DNA from: Mizuhopecten yessoensis
Lineage: Eukaryota
Reading direction: 5' to 3'
NCBI RefSeq assembly: GCF_002113885.1
Contig: NW_018408869.1
Location: 226,577-290,576, forward strand
DNA length: 64,000 nt
Every line of letters starts with the position of its first letter. The stretch's first letter is position 1. The position numbers were made by a program, and so were the translations under genes. The notes beneath the pieces were generated by a model that was not told the origin of the DNA, did no database searches, and saw nothing but the letters and a program-made list of their open reading frames with translations. Of the stretch, positions 49,401 to 61,391 are shown one piece after another.

Positions 49401-52400
49401 GCAGGTTTAGTTTTGAAGACATTTAAACAGTATGATGTTTATGATTTATTTTCAAGGCCACATAAATTATATACACATCTAATTGTATCTATATTTACAA
49501 CCATATCCCTCTTCTCCTAATTTATTCAAAGCTCATCCTCTGAATTTACCTTTCAGAAAGAATAATACTCATTTTTGTTGCAATTCCTTTTCACAATTAA
49601 TGTATCCGACATTTAATGTATTGGAAAATAAAGTAAAAACAATGCTTATTAATATACATGTATGCATATGTAATACATTTTGATAAAAACAAAAATAATC
49701 TTACCCTGTCCAAATCACAAAGTCTGGATATGGATGGAACTTCACCATTGCATTTATTGCAGACTCAATCAACACCCAGGGTGCATCACAATGATAGTTG
49801 CCATATTGACTGTTGCTGTAACCTTGACCTTGGCCCTGATGACACATGTTAAGAGGGTTGCCATGGGAACTATAGTTGGCATCATAGTGGAAGTCAGAAA
49901 CCTGCCAAAAGTACCCTGTGTAAAGAAAATGAAGCAAGACATCAAAACTCCACCATAACAATTTCCCAGGTTAAGTTTCCCTCCCACTGCTGGCAAAACA
50001 ATAGAGATTCCACTGGGGTTTTCCGTATATGCAGTAACCTCCACTTAATTTTGTTTTTGATATAACTATAGTGCAATTTGGCAAAAGTACTTCCATTACC
50101 AGGTAGCTCATTTTGTAAGAGCAAGTGAGTAACACTATTAGGTCCACTGTCCATGGTTTGTTAGAGCAAAAGGGTAACAATATGAGGTCCACTGTCCAGG
50201 GTTTTTTAGAGCAAAAGAGTAACAATATGAGGTCCACTGTCCAGGGTTTGTTAGAGCAAAAGGGTAACAATATGAGGTCCACTGTCCAGGGTTTGCTAGA
50301 CCAAAAGGGTAACAATATGAGGTCCACTGTCCAGGGTTTGTTAGAGCAAAAGGGTAACAATATGAGGTCCACTGTCCAGGGTTTGTTAAAACAGGGTAAC
50401 AATACGAGGTCCACTGTCCAGGGTTTGTTGGAGCAATAGGGTAACAATATGTGGTCCACTGTCCAGGGTTTGTTAGAGCAAAAGGGTAACAATATGAGGT
50501 CCAATGTCCAGGGTTTGTTAAAACAGGGTAACAATACGAGGTCCACTGTCCAGGGTTTGTTGGAGCAATAGGGTAACAATATGTGGTCCGCTGTCCAGGG
50601 TTTGTTAGAGCAAAAGGGTAACAATATGAGGTCCACTGTCCAGGGTTTGTTAAAGCAAAAGGGTAACAAAATGAGGTCCACTGTCCAGGGTTTGTACTGT
50701 CCAGGGTTTGTTAGAGCAACAGGGTAACAATATGATTGAGGTCCACTGTTCAGGGTTTGAATCCTTGTTTTGCAATGCTGATTTTTACAATCAGAACAGT
50801 GAGAACATTGCTATACTTGATTGAAATTTTTTTTTCATTTTTTTTTTCTCATAAAAGTCTTGCAAGAAATGTTTTTTTTTATTTAGAAATGATTTATCAA
50901 AGCTATATTCATGTTGGTGAAAACAAGGGTCCAATGTTTATGCACTGTTACATGTTTTGGCAGCGGTACGGGGATCCTTATAGATACAATAAGGGAACTT
51001 TCACAAAACATATAAAGGGCCAGATAGGGATTTAATATTGAACTGGATGACACCATATGGAATGAAACACTCAAAATGTATATCAATTTTCATTTCAAGT
51101 ATTTCTACCCTAAATGGAAAAATTTACAAGAGGCCCATGGCCATTGGGCCTGTATCGCTCACTTCTTTCTTTTGTTATCTGAACTTCACAAGAAGTTGAG
51201 AATCGTTTCTACTATCTTGTGACCATGGTGGCCATTAAAATTCCTATGAACCCAAAGAATTGCAACAAAACCTCGTAATAGCATTTTTCTGGAACATCTG
51301 GTTAAAATTGATCTTGTGGAACAGAAATGAATTAGCAAAGGATTTCTCAGGCAATTAGAGGACATGGTGTGACCATAATGGATTTGAATCAAATTAAAAA
51401 AATAACAGCACCTGTTAAGCTCTACCAGAGCAATACTCAGATCAAGTTTGATTGCCAATGGCATGGTGAAGTATACGTAAGAGGCTGAACATTTCTCAGC
51501 CAATAAGAAAACATGTACAGGTATTGTGACAGGACCATTATGAGGGTTTTTTTCGAAATAAACATGATGAAGAACAACTGCTCTTGTTCAATTTTCACTT
51601 AATGAGTGTCACTCATTTGCTCCAAAGGGGAGTAACACCTGTTAATTATACAACAATGAATCTCTTCATTAAGAAATGCTCCATTCCAAATCAGATCAAA
51701 ATCCTTTCTCTTGTAATGAAGAAATAATCTTGTACATCTCAACAGCTTTGTTTCCAGAGGTCCAGATTTCATTACATACATGGATAGATTCCTTAAAGCT
51801 TAGGAATCAGTCAATGAATACTATTACTATCTCAAATAATGTTGAAATCCCTTCCCTAATACTTAAAGGGGCTGGTCGTGGAAAAAATGTCATATTTACT
51901 AAAATGGCATACATATGTTTAAATTACCTTCTTATGAAATATACAGATTCAAATTTTGCTGAAATTCACTCCCTAAGACTAAAAATTATAATTATATTAA
52001 AGAAATCCTAAATCGTCACCTGACAGTCTAAAACTCTCAATTGACCCAGATCAGAGATGTAATTTTACCGCACGCGCATCATCAACAAGGCCAAATGTAA
52101 ACATCGTGGCGAAAGAAAAAGATGCATGCAAAAGTCATGACAGGCACGAGGTATCAATACCGTTATATATAACAACATATAAGTAGGAATACTACACTTG
52201 CATCATACATGACCTTTGAAAACAATTATTTACGTATAGTATTGCTGTCTTGTCTGCTAGTTGAGTCCGACATGGCACATGACGGCCTGCTATTGTTGTT
52301 ATCTTCACTGCCTCACTTTCGAAACAACCACATGACAAATATAAATAGATCTGCGCTAAATTTACGCTGGGCTTCCCCGAGATTTCAGTGGTCAAAACTG

Positions 52401-55400
52401 GACATTGCAAGCATAACTCGACCATCATATTGCCGTGGCATAACTTTTGGAAGCCCAGAGAACGCATTTAGACCCATTTATTTTGTATTTTATTTTACCC
52501 GACCAGCCCCTTTAAGGAGTAGTCTTTTAGGCCCTATTCATTTGTCCTTCAGTTGGGAGAAAGGGGCATTTCATTCATTTAAACAACCATCAATTCCCAA
52601 ATATGGTCAAAATTCCTTTTCCTTGACTTAAAAAATCTTTCGAAGTTAACCCCCTATTCCCACTTTACGGCCTGCCCCTCCTCCTCCAAGGAGAGACATA
52701 CCATTCATTTATGTGATATTGAACTCCTTGGTCCAGTGATGCTCCATGCAAAATTTTGTGAAATTCCTTCACCCTTAGTATTCAGGAGCAGTTTTTTTAT
52801 TTAAGATTAACCCCTATTTCCTCTTTTGGGCACTACCTCTCTACCTCCAGAGGTGACACATCATTCTTTTACTCAACATTTAATCCCTATTACCTAGTGA
52901 TACTGCTTTCCAATTCAGGTCAATATTCCTAGGACGAAGTTTCCAAAACAAACTTCTTTTCCCTGGTCCATTTTGTACCACATTCCTCAAAACCCAAAGG
53001 CATCACATCAGTCATTCATAGACCATATAGAACGGATCTGACTGTACATATCTATATATACTAAAATGCATTATGTTTTCATATATGTACACTACATGCT
53101 GTTATTTTTCACAGAGAGTCAAGTGCCTACATGTACATGTGTAACAGGAGAAGAAAAATGCACCAGCCGGATTGGAATTCAAAATCCAGGACCTCCGAAT
53201 TCTAGATGGATGCTCTAACCAACTGGACCTGGTTGCCTTCAATAGTCCCACAGTCCAGTTTTGCTACATTATGAGCTCCCTTCTTCGACAAAGTCCTCGA
53301 CCCTGAAGATATACACCACCCTGTAACACCTTCTGTGCAGGGCATATTTCGTTGAGCATTAAAGGTAGCAGGAAAGGAAAAATGCAACAGCCAGACCAAG
53401 ATTGGAACCTGGGATCTCCAAACTCTAGACGGATGCTCTAACCATTCAAGCTACCTGGTTGCCAGCAATTGATATGATTGATATCCATCCTTAAGTTCCA
53501 GAGAAGAAACATTTAAAGCAGTATGGCTTTTTGGGTTACCCCTCAGACCCCCAGGGTGTCATCCTTTGGATTTGTACAATTTATACTCCCCATTACCTAA
53601 GAATGCTTCTAACCAAATATGGTTGATATCCTTCTCTTAGTTTTTGAGAGGAAGTCGCTTAAAGCAATATGGCCAAATTACCCCTGATGGGCCCTGCCCC
53701 TCAAACCCCCGTTGGGTCAGCCTCTCCGGCATCCATTTGTACAATCTTGAATCCCCACCACCTAGGGATGCTTCCAATTAAATTTGGTTGAATTCCAATC
53801 ATCGGTTATGAAGATTTTGATGTTGATAGACAAAATTGTCAACGGACACCATGGTATGGCGTAAGCTCACCTTCACCCTTCAGACCAGGTGAGCTAAATA
53901 TGGAATATATTTAGCAATATTTATGTCACCCTGGTAAAATACTAGCCGCTAAAATACCTATACTGACTCAGATGGGGAGAATTTCTCTTTAGCTCATTCG
54001 GTAGAGCGTAAGATTAGTAAACCTGAGGACCAACGTTCGACTCCTAGCAGGGTTTTTGCCAGCTATTTTGGGAAAGGGACCCTGAGCAAAAATTTGGAAA
54101 TATCATCAGTGTTTCCACATGTACAGGTCTTTGAAAATATCATAAGTTTGGAAAAAACAAAACCTGCAATGTGAGTAGCAAAATGTTTTCCTCTAACGTC
54201 ATGCTACCACAATTGGTACATTGTCAGAAAATAGTTTGAAAAGTACTTTAAAATTCGATTTGAATATTTTCTTCTGACAGTATATAAAAAAATAGATATT
54301 TATCAGCATTTCCACTGAATAGTTTTGTTTTCAAAAACATTTTAAGAGTATACACAATGACTTCAAAGTAAACATATCAGAGAACCAGTAAAAACGTGTA
54401 CAACAAAGAAATTTTGGAAGATTTTGAAGGGGTTACCACTTTTATAAGCATGTTTAAATGTTGATTTCTGGTCCTTATAACCGGATAATATGAAAATGTT
54501 AATATATACAATTGTAGTTCAGCATGGTATTTATAAAAGCAATATATTTTGTTGCAATCAGAACATCAACCAGTAGAAGTTAAAACAAAATTCATCTATA
54601 TTAGCCTGTGATATGGTGTACCAATTTGGGTACTAATTATGGCCGAAAAACAGACGAAATCTCACTGCCAGTTTAACGTTCTCTTTTCAGAAATAAATCA
54701 CTTAGAATCAAAACTTTTTCTGAAAATGAACTACCATTGGAAGTCTAGCTTTGTCAAGAATCAAGAAACTTGTTTGAAAACAAATGGTTCCAAATAATCT
54801 AACTTAATTGCCTTATAGACATGCTAGCGGTATTAAGCATTTTGTAATGAGTGATTGGATGCATGAAAGTTATATGTTATGTGTATAAAATAAATAAAAT
54901 GTCCTTTTTGCAATATAGGTATGTATTGGTACTTCAGTTGTAATAAACACAGCAGCATATATAATCGAACAAAAGTATATCTCTGCTCTTCAAGGCAGAA
55001 TCTGCGTGTAACAAATATATGATCAAATTGAAACTTTCTCTCACATTTATGTACCCCATTGTAAAATTGTGTTGTCATTGTCATTATATTATGCAAAAAA
55101 GAAAATAAAAAAGGGTCAAATAAAAAAAAAAGAATCAAGAAACATTCCAGATACAATATATCTGAATTCTTGCTGTACGAAACCCTGACCTGGCAAAAAC
55201 CCTGCCTAGCAAAGGCATTGAAAAAATAATGACCTCTGTTTCACATTGGTGCCCACATACACTTAGGGACTCAGGAACTACATGATGTTTTGACAAATAT
55301 ATACTCATCGATACTTTCACAAGAATGCCTTCGATACTTTCACAAGAATGCCTATGACCCATGGAAATTTCGGGACAACCTCTTTCCTGGAGGGGGAGTA

Positions 55401-55991
55401 TGTCACCCAAGTAAAATACTAGCCGCTACCTAACAACTCAGCTAGTTACAGGTACTACCCTCATTTGTCAATACACCCATTATATAAATTATTATATTAT
55501 GGGTGTATTGACAGACGAGGCTAGGGATATTTTTTTTTATCTCATTTGAAATGAGCACAAAACTAATACGTAAATTAGAGGTCCCAGGTTCAAATCCTAG
55601 AGGAGGCCTTGAAAAAAATAATTACTTCTGTTACAAGAACTTTGTGAACAGTAATTAAGGCATTTAAAGGCTGATGTCTTAATGAAAATAGTTCACCAGC
55701 ATTATATTGATTAAAACTCTTTTGACATTCGAAAACAAATTCAATATATCCAAATTAAACATATATGATTCGTGATCTTTAATGTAACATAACCAAATAT
55801 TACCCTTTAGCGCACTAGTTGAACTTAATGGTTAAGCATCCATCCACAAATGACAGGCTCAAAGTACAGTCACAAACGTAAACAATACACAAAAGTTGAC
55901 AGAACTTTCTTTTACCTTTTTTCTCTTCAAATGTTAATACGGACTGCATACAAAGCAGTACAGATGCTACTTTGTAAATCTGACGTGTCAT
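46427..55991 (-). CDS. SMPDL3: Acid sphingomyelinase-like phosphodiesterase (SMPDL3A/B family) with C-terminal TM helix; exons 55991-55916, 49915-49705, 49238-48991, 48164-48001, 47553-47373, 47067-46427; ~506 aa
   Basis: Calcineurin-like metallophosphoesterase motifs occur in order: FWQVSDFHYD, YGNYHCDAPW, IWTGDSIPH, YPVLGNHD, DPAGQFQWL, SHIAPG, GHEHTDSF, SPAVTPW, NNPGVRLY, WALEY. Introns are GT-AG with compatible phases. Exon 1 (signal-peptide-like MTRQIYKVASVLLCMQSVLT) is less certain than exons 2-6. Confidence 0.92.
48318..48492 (+). repeat. Minisatellite, 34-bp unit, ~4 copies
   Basis: Unit CAGTCATAGGAAAGTATAACATTGTAACAATTAA. Confidence 0.85.
50120..50760 (+). repeat. Minisatellite, 45/42-bp unit, ~14 copies, SMPDL3 intron 1
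   Basis: Unit GGTCCACTGTCCAGGGTTTGTTAGAGCAAAAGGGTAACAATATGA. Confidence 0.95.
51867..52511. mobile_element. Kolobok-like MITE (TTAA TSD), copy 2, opposite orientation
   Basis: Same TIRs and TTAA TSD. Homologous pseudo-ORFs MTFENNYL... occur in both copies. Confidence 0.85.
53140..53465 (-). mobile_element. Second family of tRNA-LTR TRIM, degenerate and 5'-truncated
   Basis: On the minus strand: partial LTR (GGCAACCAGGTAGCTTGAATGGTTAGAGCA...GGTTCCAATC...CCTGCTAC), decayed PBS (..TGCTCAACG), PPT-like GAAGAAGGGAG, then a full LTR TGTAGC...CCTGTTACA (53268-53140). Confidence 0.65.
53924..55635 (+). mobile_element. Older diverged copy of the same tRNA-LTR TRIM family, with both LTRs interrupted
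   Basis: LTR1 53924-55245 (TGTCACCCTGGTAAAATACTAGCCGC...TTTCACA, split by the insertion at 54048-55204). PBS-like TGGTGCCCAC...AGGGAC from 55247, PPT GGAGGGGGAG, LTR2 55401-55635 (...TGTTACA). Confidence 0.8.
54048..55204. mobile_element. Non-autonomous DNA transposon, hAT-like termini, 5-bp TSD
   Basis: 15-bp TIR CAGGGTTTTTGCCAG / CTGGCAAAAACCCTG. TSD CCTAG at 54043-54047 and 55205-55209. Confidence 0.85.
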
Positions 55992-56539
55992 TGTCGCCTG
56001 CTAGTGAATTGGACGTCAACTAACTTTCGACAAATTCATCTCACAAAGCCAGGTCAAAACGAAAATAAAATCTTGTGACTGTCAAGGGGAACAACTCTCA
56101 TTTACAGAATATATGTAGCATACAACCAATGCTACGGTTAAACTTCCAGGGACGGGGCGTTTCCTATATAGGTAATACGAGACGCAATGCTACAATACAA
56201 TAAAATATAATGAATACAGTTAACTTTATTTAACGTCGGATATTTAAAAACATTTAACATTAGATATTAAAAGCTATTATTCCGAAAAACATAAGTAAAA
56301 AGCATCAAATCAAACAATTACATATATATATATAAAACATTATGAAACAGAGAAAATATTAAAACTTAAGTCTCCATGCAAAGTTATAAGCTAAATATAT
56401 ATATACATGCTTACATCTACATAGTAATTACCAGCTTCATCTATTTGAAGATGATGTCATGTGATAGTGGGTGCTAGGCCAAGAGAAGAAAAGATAAAAG
56501 ATAGTGAAAGGGAATATTTATAACTTGAAAGTATGAGAG

Positions 56540-56900
56540 TTATTAGTGTTTTTTATTTAGGGACAGTTTAAAGCAGTCAGAAGAGGTAATGGAGGTTATA
56601 TCTGGAGGCAGGTTATTCCAGTCTACTGTGGTACGAGCGAAAACGGATTGTTGTCGTACCTGTGTTCTACATGAGAGTGCACGTGTTTGATATGAGTTCT
56701 GGTGTGCGTGTCTTGTGTGGCGGGATGGAGGTATGAGTTGGTCTTTTCTTATATTGACTTTGTCATGTATAGTTTTATGTAGTGTTGTCAGTTGCATGAC
56801 TCTCTTTCTGTCTTCAAGTGATTGCCAGTTAAGGTGTTGAAGCATGTCACCAACACTGGAGGTGTTTCTAAATTTGTTGGTGACTAATCTGGCTGCTCTA
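56540..56900 (-). mobile_element. LINE (CR1/L2 group) ORF2 3' fragment
   Basis: MLQHLNWQSLEDRKR...SVFARTTVDWNNLP...CFKLSL is a typical ORF2 C-terminus. Confidence 0.75.
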
Positions 56901-57099
56901 CATATAGCATGACAGTATTTTTTACCATAAAATACATATTAGTATCACGAAATTAGATTAGATGTTATCTAAGTCCGTGTTAGTATAAAGCATTGAAGCA
57001 AAGCATATACACATAAAAAGCAGTTATGATGAACTACAATTTTTCACTATCAGCACTATATATAATGATATGCACACATGTTGATACTAGGATATCAAA

Positions 57100-57600
57100 A
57101 CTAGAAACCGACACCACTCGTCGAATAAGCCAGGAGATAAAAAAAAATCACAGGAGTGTATAGAGGCAAAGATGGAGAATAGTGTAAAGGCCATGGTGGA
57201 TGCAAGGAACAAGGAATTGGAAGAAAGAAAAAACAAGGCGAACAATATCGTTCTTTTCAATGTTCCGGAACAATCCGATTCTGTCCCACTAACAAACAAG
57301 GCGCGAGACGAAAATGTCATCAGGAAAATCAGTGAAGCCTTGGAAGTACAGGACCTGGCCATACTGGCACACTTCAGGATGGGCAAAAAGAAACCAGATT
57401 TTACAAGGCCTTTAGTAGCTGTCCTTGGAGCGAAAAAGCAAAGGAAAACATTACTAGAGAAAGCCAGGCTGATTAAGAACAGGATGGAAGGAGTTTTAAA
57501 ACGGGTTGTGCTAACTAGGGACTTAACTCAGGAACAACGGAGGGAGAGGAAAGAAAAGCTAGAGAATAGAGAGCAAACTGCAAAGAAAGTGCTGGCTGGA
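57100..57600 (+). mobile_element. LINE ORF1-like fragment (CR1 group)
   Basis: ELEERKNKANNIVLFNVPE...FRMGKKKPDFTRPL...VVLTRDLTQEQRRERK matches the recurring CR1-type ORF1 pattern (NIVxxxVPE, RxG, RP, DLT). Confidence 0.7.
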
Positions 57601-57770
57601 CCCCCACATCAAACTTACTACGCGTTAATGAAATAACATTTGTAAATAGCAACCAGAAGTCAATAGTACGCGAAAGTACGTTATACTATTAAGTAGAGAA
57701 GAAGATACATCTATACAAGCCCCGGCTTACCTGAGCGAAACTGAGCGGAAAATGTTGCCGGATTACAGTT

Positions 57771-60700
57771 ATGTTCAGCTTCAATACATTGCTTATCATT
57801 ATGAATAGCCTATCAATATCGTCTTGTCATTCTTTAATCAGAGAAGTAAGCGGACAGTATGCATTGTACGTCTTTGCTTTAATCACAAGAAACAACATCT
57901 TTGCAATATTTTCTCGTAAGTTTGAACATCAGAATAGGGGTCATAATTGCTGAACACATTTTGTGACGAATTTCCACAGATAGGTTATAGCTGCGAGAAC
58001 CGTAGATTCTATAGGCCCGATCTTTTAAAAAATAATTGTTATCGGACCAGCTGCGGGAACCGTAACTTCTAGGCCCGATCTTTGATTTATTTTTATTGTT
58101 ATCGGACCATATCTATATCGATAACAATAAAAAAAAATCGGGCCTAGAAGGTACCACAGATAATGATGGCCTAACATGTGGAGATTTGTATTTCCCGCGT
58201 TTTCAACAGGGTCACAGGAAACACAGAAGAGTTCCATAATGATAGCACAGCACGTGGAGAAGTAAACATAAGTCAGGACTGACACTAATCGCCAATGGTT
58301 ATGACCAAACTGTGAAAGTTAGATGTGGAGTAGGTCAGTAATAAACAGTCTTTTCATATAATCCCTTATATTCTCATCCATGTTACACGGATATGTTTCA
58401 AGTTTTATTCAAACTTTGGGCCATTGGCCCATCAGTATACAAAACATTTTTTAAACAAATCATGGACAATGTACAGAGGATGAAAACAATCATATTCCAT
58501 TATAATACCCTTAATTTGTTTGCCTCATATATGAATTTTCCTAGTATACACAATTCTTTAATATTATGGACACTCAATAACTGGACGACTTTAAACACAG
58601 ATGGTTTTTTCCAATAATAGCTTTTGATAAAACGAGATCTGAGATTTTGGAATTTAGAACAGACCAATAAAAAATGAAATTCGTCCTCTAATTCAGAGGG
58701 GGAGTTACACTGTTTACAATATCTACGTTCTCTAGGTATATTATTATACCTTCCAACTTCTATAGCTAAAGAATGGGTAGATGTACGTATTCGAGTTAAA
58801 CAAATGCGATATTTCTTTGGTATATATTTTGTGAGGTAAAATTGTAATGTTTCTCCAAAATCTATTATATGTTTATACAATAAACATTTTGGAGAGTTTT
58901 CCACTGTGGCCCTTAGGGATTGTATGCCTTGATCAAAAATTCTTTGTTTTATCAATGGTAATAACAGATTTTGCTGAGAGATGCATGGATTAAACCAAAC
59001 ATCACTAAGACCTAGATTGTTTAATTCATCTCTTACTGCTATAGCCCAGTTGAAATCATTTCTACTACAACATTGTAATAAAAACCTATAGGAAGTTGAT
59101 ATAATACAATTTTCAGATTTTAATAATTTAAACCAATATTTTATCATTCTAATTTTTCTCATACAAACTAGAGGTAACCGTCCCAATTCAAGATATACCA
59201 TGTTGTTATTGGCCGATTTCTTCACTTTTAGTAGTTTCTTACAAAAATGTAAATGTACATGTTCTATCTCTGGAGCTTTGTGCATACACCAAATTTCACT
59301 TGCATAGAAAAGGATACTGCTTACATATGTATCGAAAAGATGGAGCATAGTTTTTACATTTAAGTTTAATGATGAACACTTTGCAAATAATGCAAACATA
59401 GCTTTTCGTCCTTGGCTAGCTAATTGTTTTTGTATAGATGTGAATTTATTGTTGTAATTTAAAATAACACCTAGGTAAGGAAATTGATCCACACATTCAA
59501 CCTTACTTCCTTTGTAATACCATTTTTCCTCATTATGCNTAATCAGGGGTGTTTGTGAACAGCTGGTTCTGTCACTGTCAGAAGGAGAGAAAGCCTGGAG
59601 GCCAGGGGCCTGTTCGTTTATAGATGTAACAATTTCGGGTATTAATCCTGGCGGACCTGCAAATGTTTATACAGACCTCGCAAGACTTTGTCAAGGCTCA
59701 CCTGAAAGTAGCATCCGATTACTAGGTCCAATGATCCTACCGGTGTCAACCGTTTAAATAAAAACTGCACAGGTTCTTCTTCTTAACTGTACAAGGGCTC
59801 CATCAATGGTGATGTTTATGGCCTTGAGACCCTGTGCAGAGGCGTGAGAAAGGGGATTATTTACAGTGATTAGTTTCCTACCTGTCAGTCACAGGTACTA
59901 GCCTCGTCTGTTAATACACATATATAGTCTTATAGATGTATTGACAGACGAGGCTAGTGCCTGTGATGCAGTGTTTTAATTGGTAGATGTTTCTGGGAGG
60001 GTATGTTTTTTCTGTTAAATCATTGCAGGTTACTTTAATTTAATGTATCCGAAAATAATACAGTAATTTGATTTTTTAGGTTTTATATTTTCTTCCAGGA
60101 GATTATTTTATTTGAAGGAGTTATAATGGCAGACACTATCGTAATGTTAAAGCAGATATTGAAGGAGCAGTGGGTCACTGATCCGTAGCAGTAAAACTTA
60201 TATAGTCCTGTTTTGACAGAACTTTTTCCTGCTTCAATTTTGCACATGTTTGTTGTGTTGAAGGTGTGGCCAAAAATTATTCAGGTTGTCAAAGAGTTAT
60301 CTGAGGACAGTGCCGTTGATTTGTGCGGAATCACTAGATTCCCAGAAGACACTGACTGTCATTGGAACCAACAAATATCCATTGATGAAAAGGAAATGCC
60401 ACAGTGTTCCACAACGGCCAACGGGAAAGCTTCAGAAAGTCATGCTGCCTACAAAGTCAGAAAATGATACAAGAGAATACAGGTGAAGTATACTGATATA
60501 GCAATTGAAATGAATACAGGTGAAACACAAAATAAAAATTGAAATGTGGTATAGACCGTGTGAATAGATTTTAATCTAGTTTGGTATAAAGAATTCATAG
60601 ACCAAGGAGACTAAATGTTGTATAAAAGAAGGATCGATGTGTTCTCCCTGCGGGCATAGGAGTGGGGCCTAATAAATAAAATCTTTTACAGACTACTCTC

Positions 60701-61391
60701 TCGTTGAAGATACATCTGTATCATTTTAACCTACTTTGGTGGAATTGAATTCCTAGATTCAATGTTATATAAACAGCAGGTGAGCCCCTCTTTGGGACAA
60801 CGGGACAAGGCCAGATAAAAGCCTATATACACTCCTTCAGTAGTGGTGATTTCTCCCTCGTATGAAGGATCCTCTGCAAATGAATCTTGGTGTTGTGAAA
60901 ATTCAGAGTGTGTTTTAGTTTCCCTTTGGGCACTTTAATATTAGTTCACACAATTCCTTATTTATCAATGACAAATAAATAGCTTTCACTATAATAACAA
61001 AATTAGTTTGGAAGTGAACACACTGCTCATATAACGTCACATGATCCAAAAAGTCTGAAAAATAATATTCTGCCAAAAAGTTTTGTTCTTTTTAAAATTG
61101 TAAACTCATTTAAAGGCTATTGTGATGATAAGGCCAGAATGCACAGTTGAATAAAATAACTTTTCTATCACCTCTGACAGGTCACTTTTCCTTGAAAATG
61201 GTCTCCGTGTCCTGTTGATTTCTGACCTGAATGGTCAAGCTGCTTCTGAAATTGATGAGGATGAAGAGACAGAAGATGAATCTGGATCGGAATCTGGATC
61301 TGAGTCGGACGGACATCCATCTGATGAGGAGATGGATGATGATATGGAAGATGATAGACCAGGGAATTCCAAACCACCATCCGAGAAGAAG
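57771..61391 (+). CDS. NRDC: Nardilysin (M16A metallopeptidase), 5' part; probable exons 57771-57845, 60099-60169, 60264-60482, 61181-61391; no further exon recognised before the right edge
   Basis: LPTKSENDTREYR|SLFLENGLRVLLISDL is followed by a D/E-rich stretch (EIDEDEETEDESGSESGSESDGHPSDEEMDDDMEDD) and ...SEKK|. This is the M16A N-terminus with the acidic insertion diagnostic of nardilysin versus IDE. The last two exons are strong. The first two rest only on in-frame splice sites, and the true start could be the ATG at 60126. Confidence 0.82.
58395..59538 (-). mobile_element. LINE ORF2 C-terminal half (open, 330 aa) with CCHC finger and 3' UTR
   Basis: FPYLGV, YASEIW, MVYLELGRLP, RTSTHSLAIEVGRY, RYCKQC...EDEFHFLLVC. 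The 3' UTR has a GGGCCAATGGCCC hairpin plus AATAAAACTTGAAA. Truncated at an N (59539). Confidence 0.88.
59889..59967. mobile_element. ~80-bp palindromic micro-element (second copy at ~55447-55524, inside TRIM LTR2)
   Basis: TCACAGGTACTAGCCTCGTCTGTTAATACA ... TGTATTGACAGACGAGGCTAGTGCCTGTGA hairpin. A homologous copy interrupts the older TRIM LTR. Confidence 0.6.

Larger units (their letters stand above)
51124..53899 (-). mobile_element. Degenerate HINE-like element(s) hosting a nested Kolobok MITE and TRIM
   Basis: The 3' palindrome ACAAGAGGCCC..GGGCCTGTATCGCTCAC is at 51124 and the 5' end CAGGTGAGCTAAA at ~53899. This may be more than one copy. Confidence 0.5.

Noticed and set aside
49971-50681. 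236-aa and 104-aa repetitive ORFs on both strands
   Set aside because: Translations of a 45/42-bp intronic minisatellite, with no splice or homology support.
52209-52631. Duplicated gene MTFENNYL... (also 17804-18109)
   Set aside because: Both lie inside copies of a TTAA-flanked MITE, and the frames diverge by frameshift.
58500-59492. 330-aa ORF as a host gene
   Set aside because: It is a LINE ORF2 C-terminus, with retrotransposon motifs and a 3' tail.
60213-60467. 84-aa ORF as an independent gene
   Set aside because: An alternative frame overlapping the NRDC exon. The conserved KSENDTREYR motif is in the other frame.
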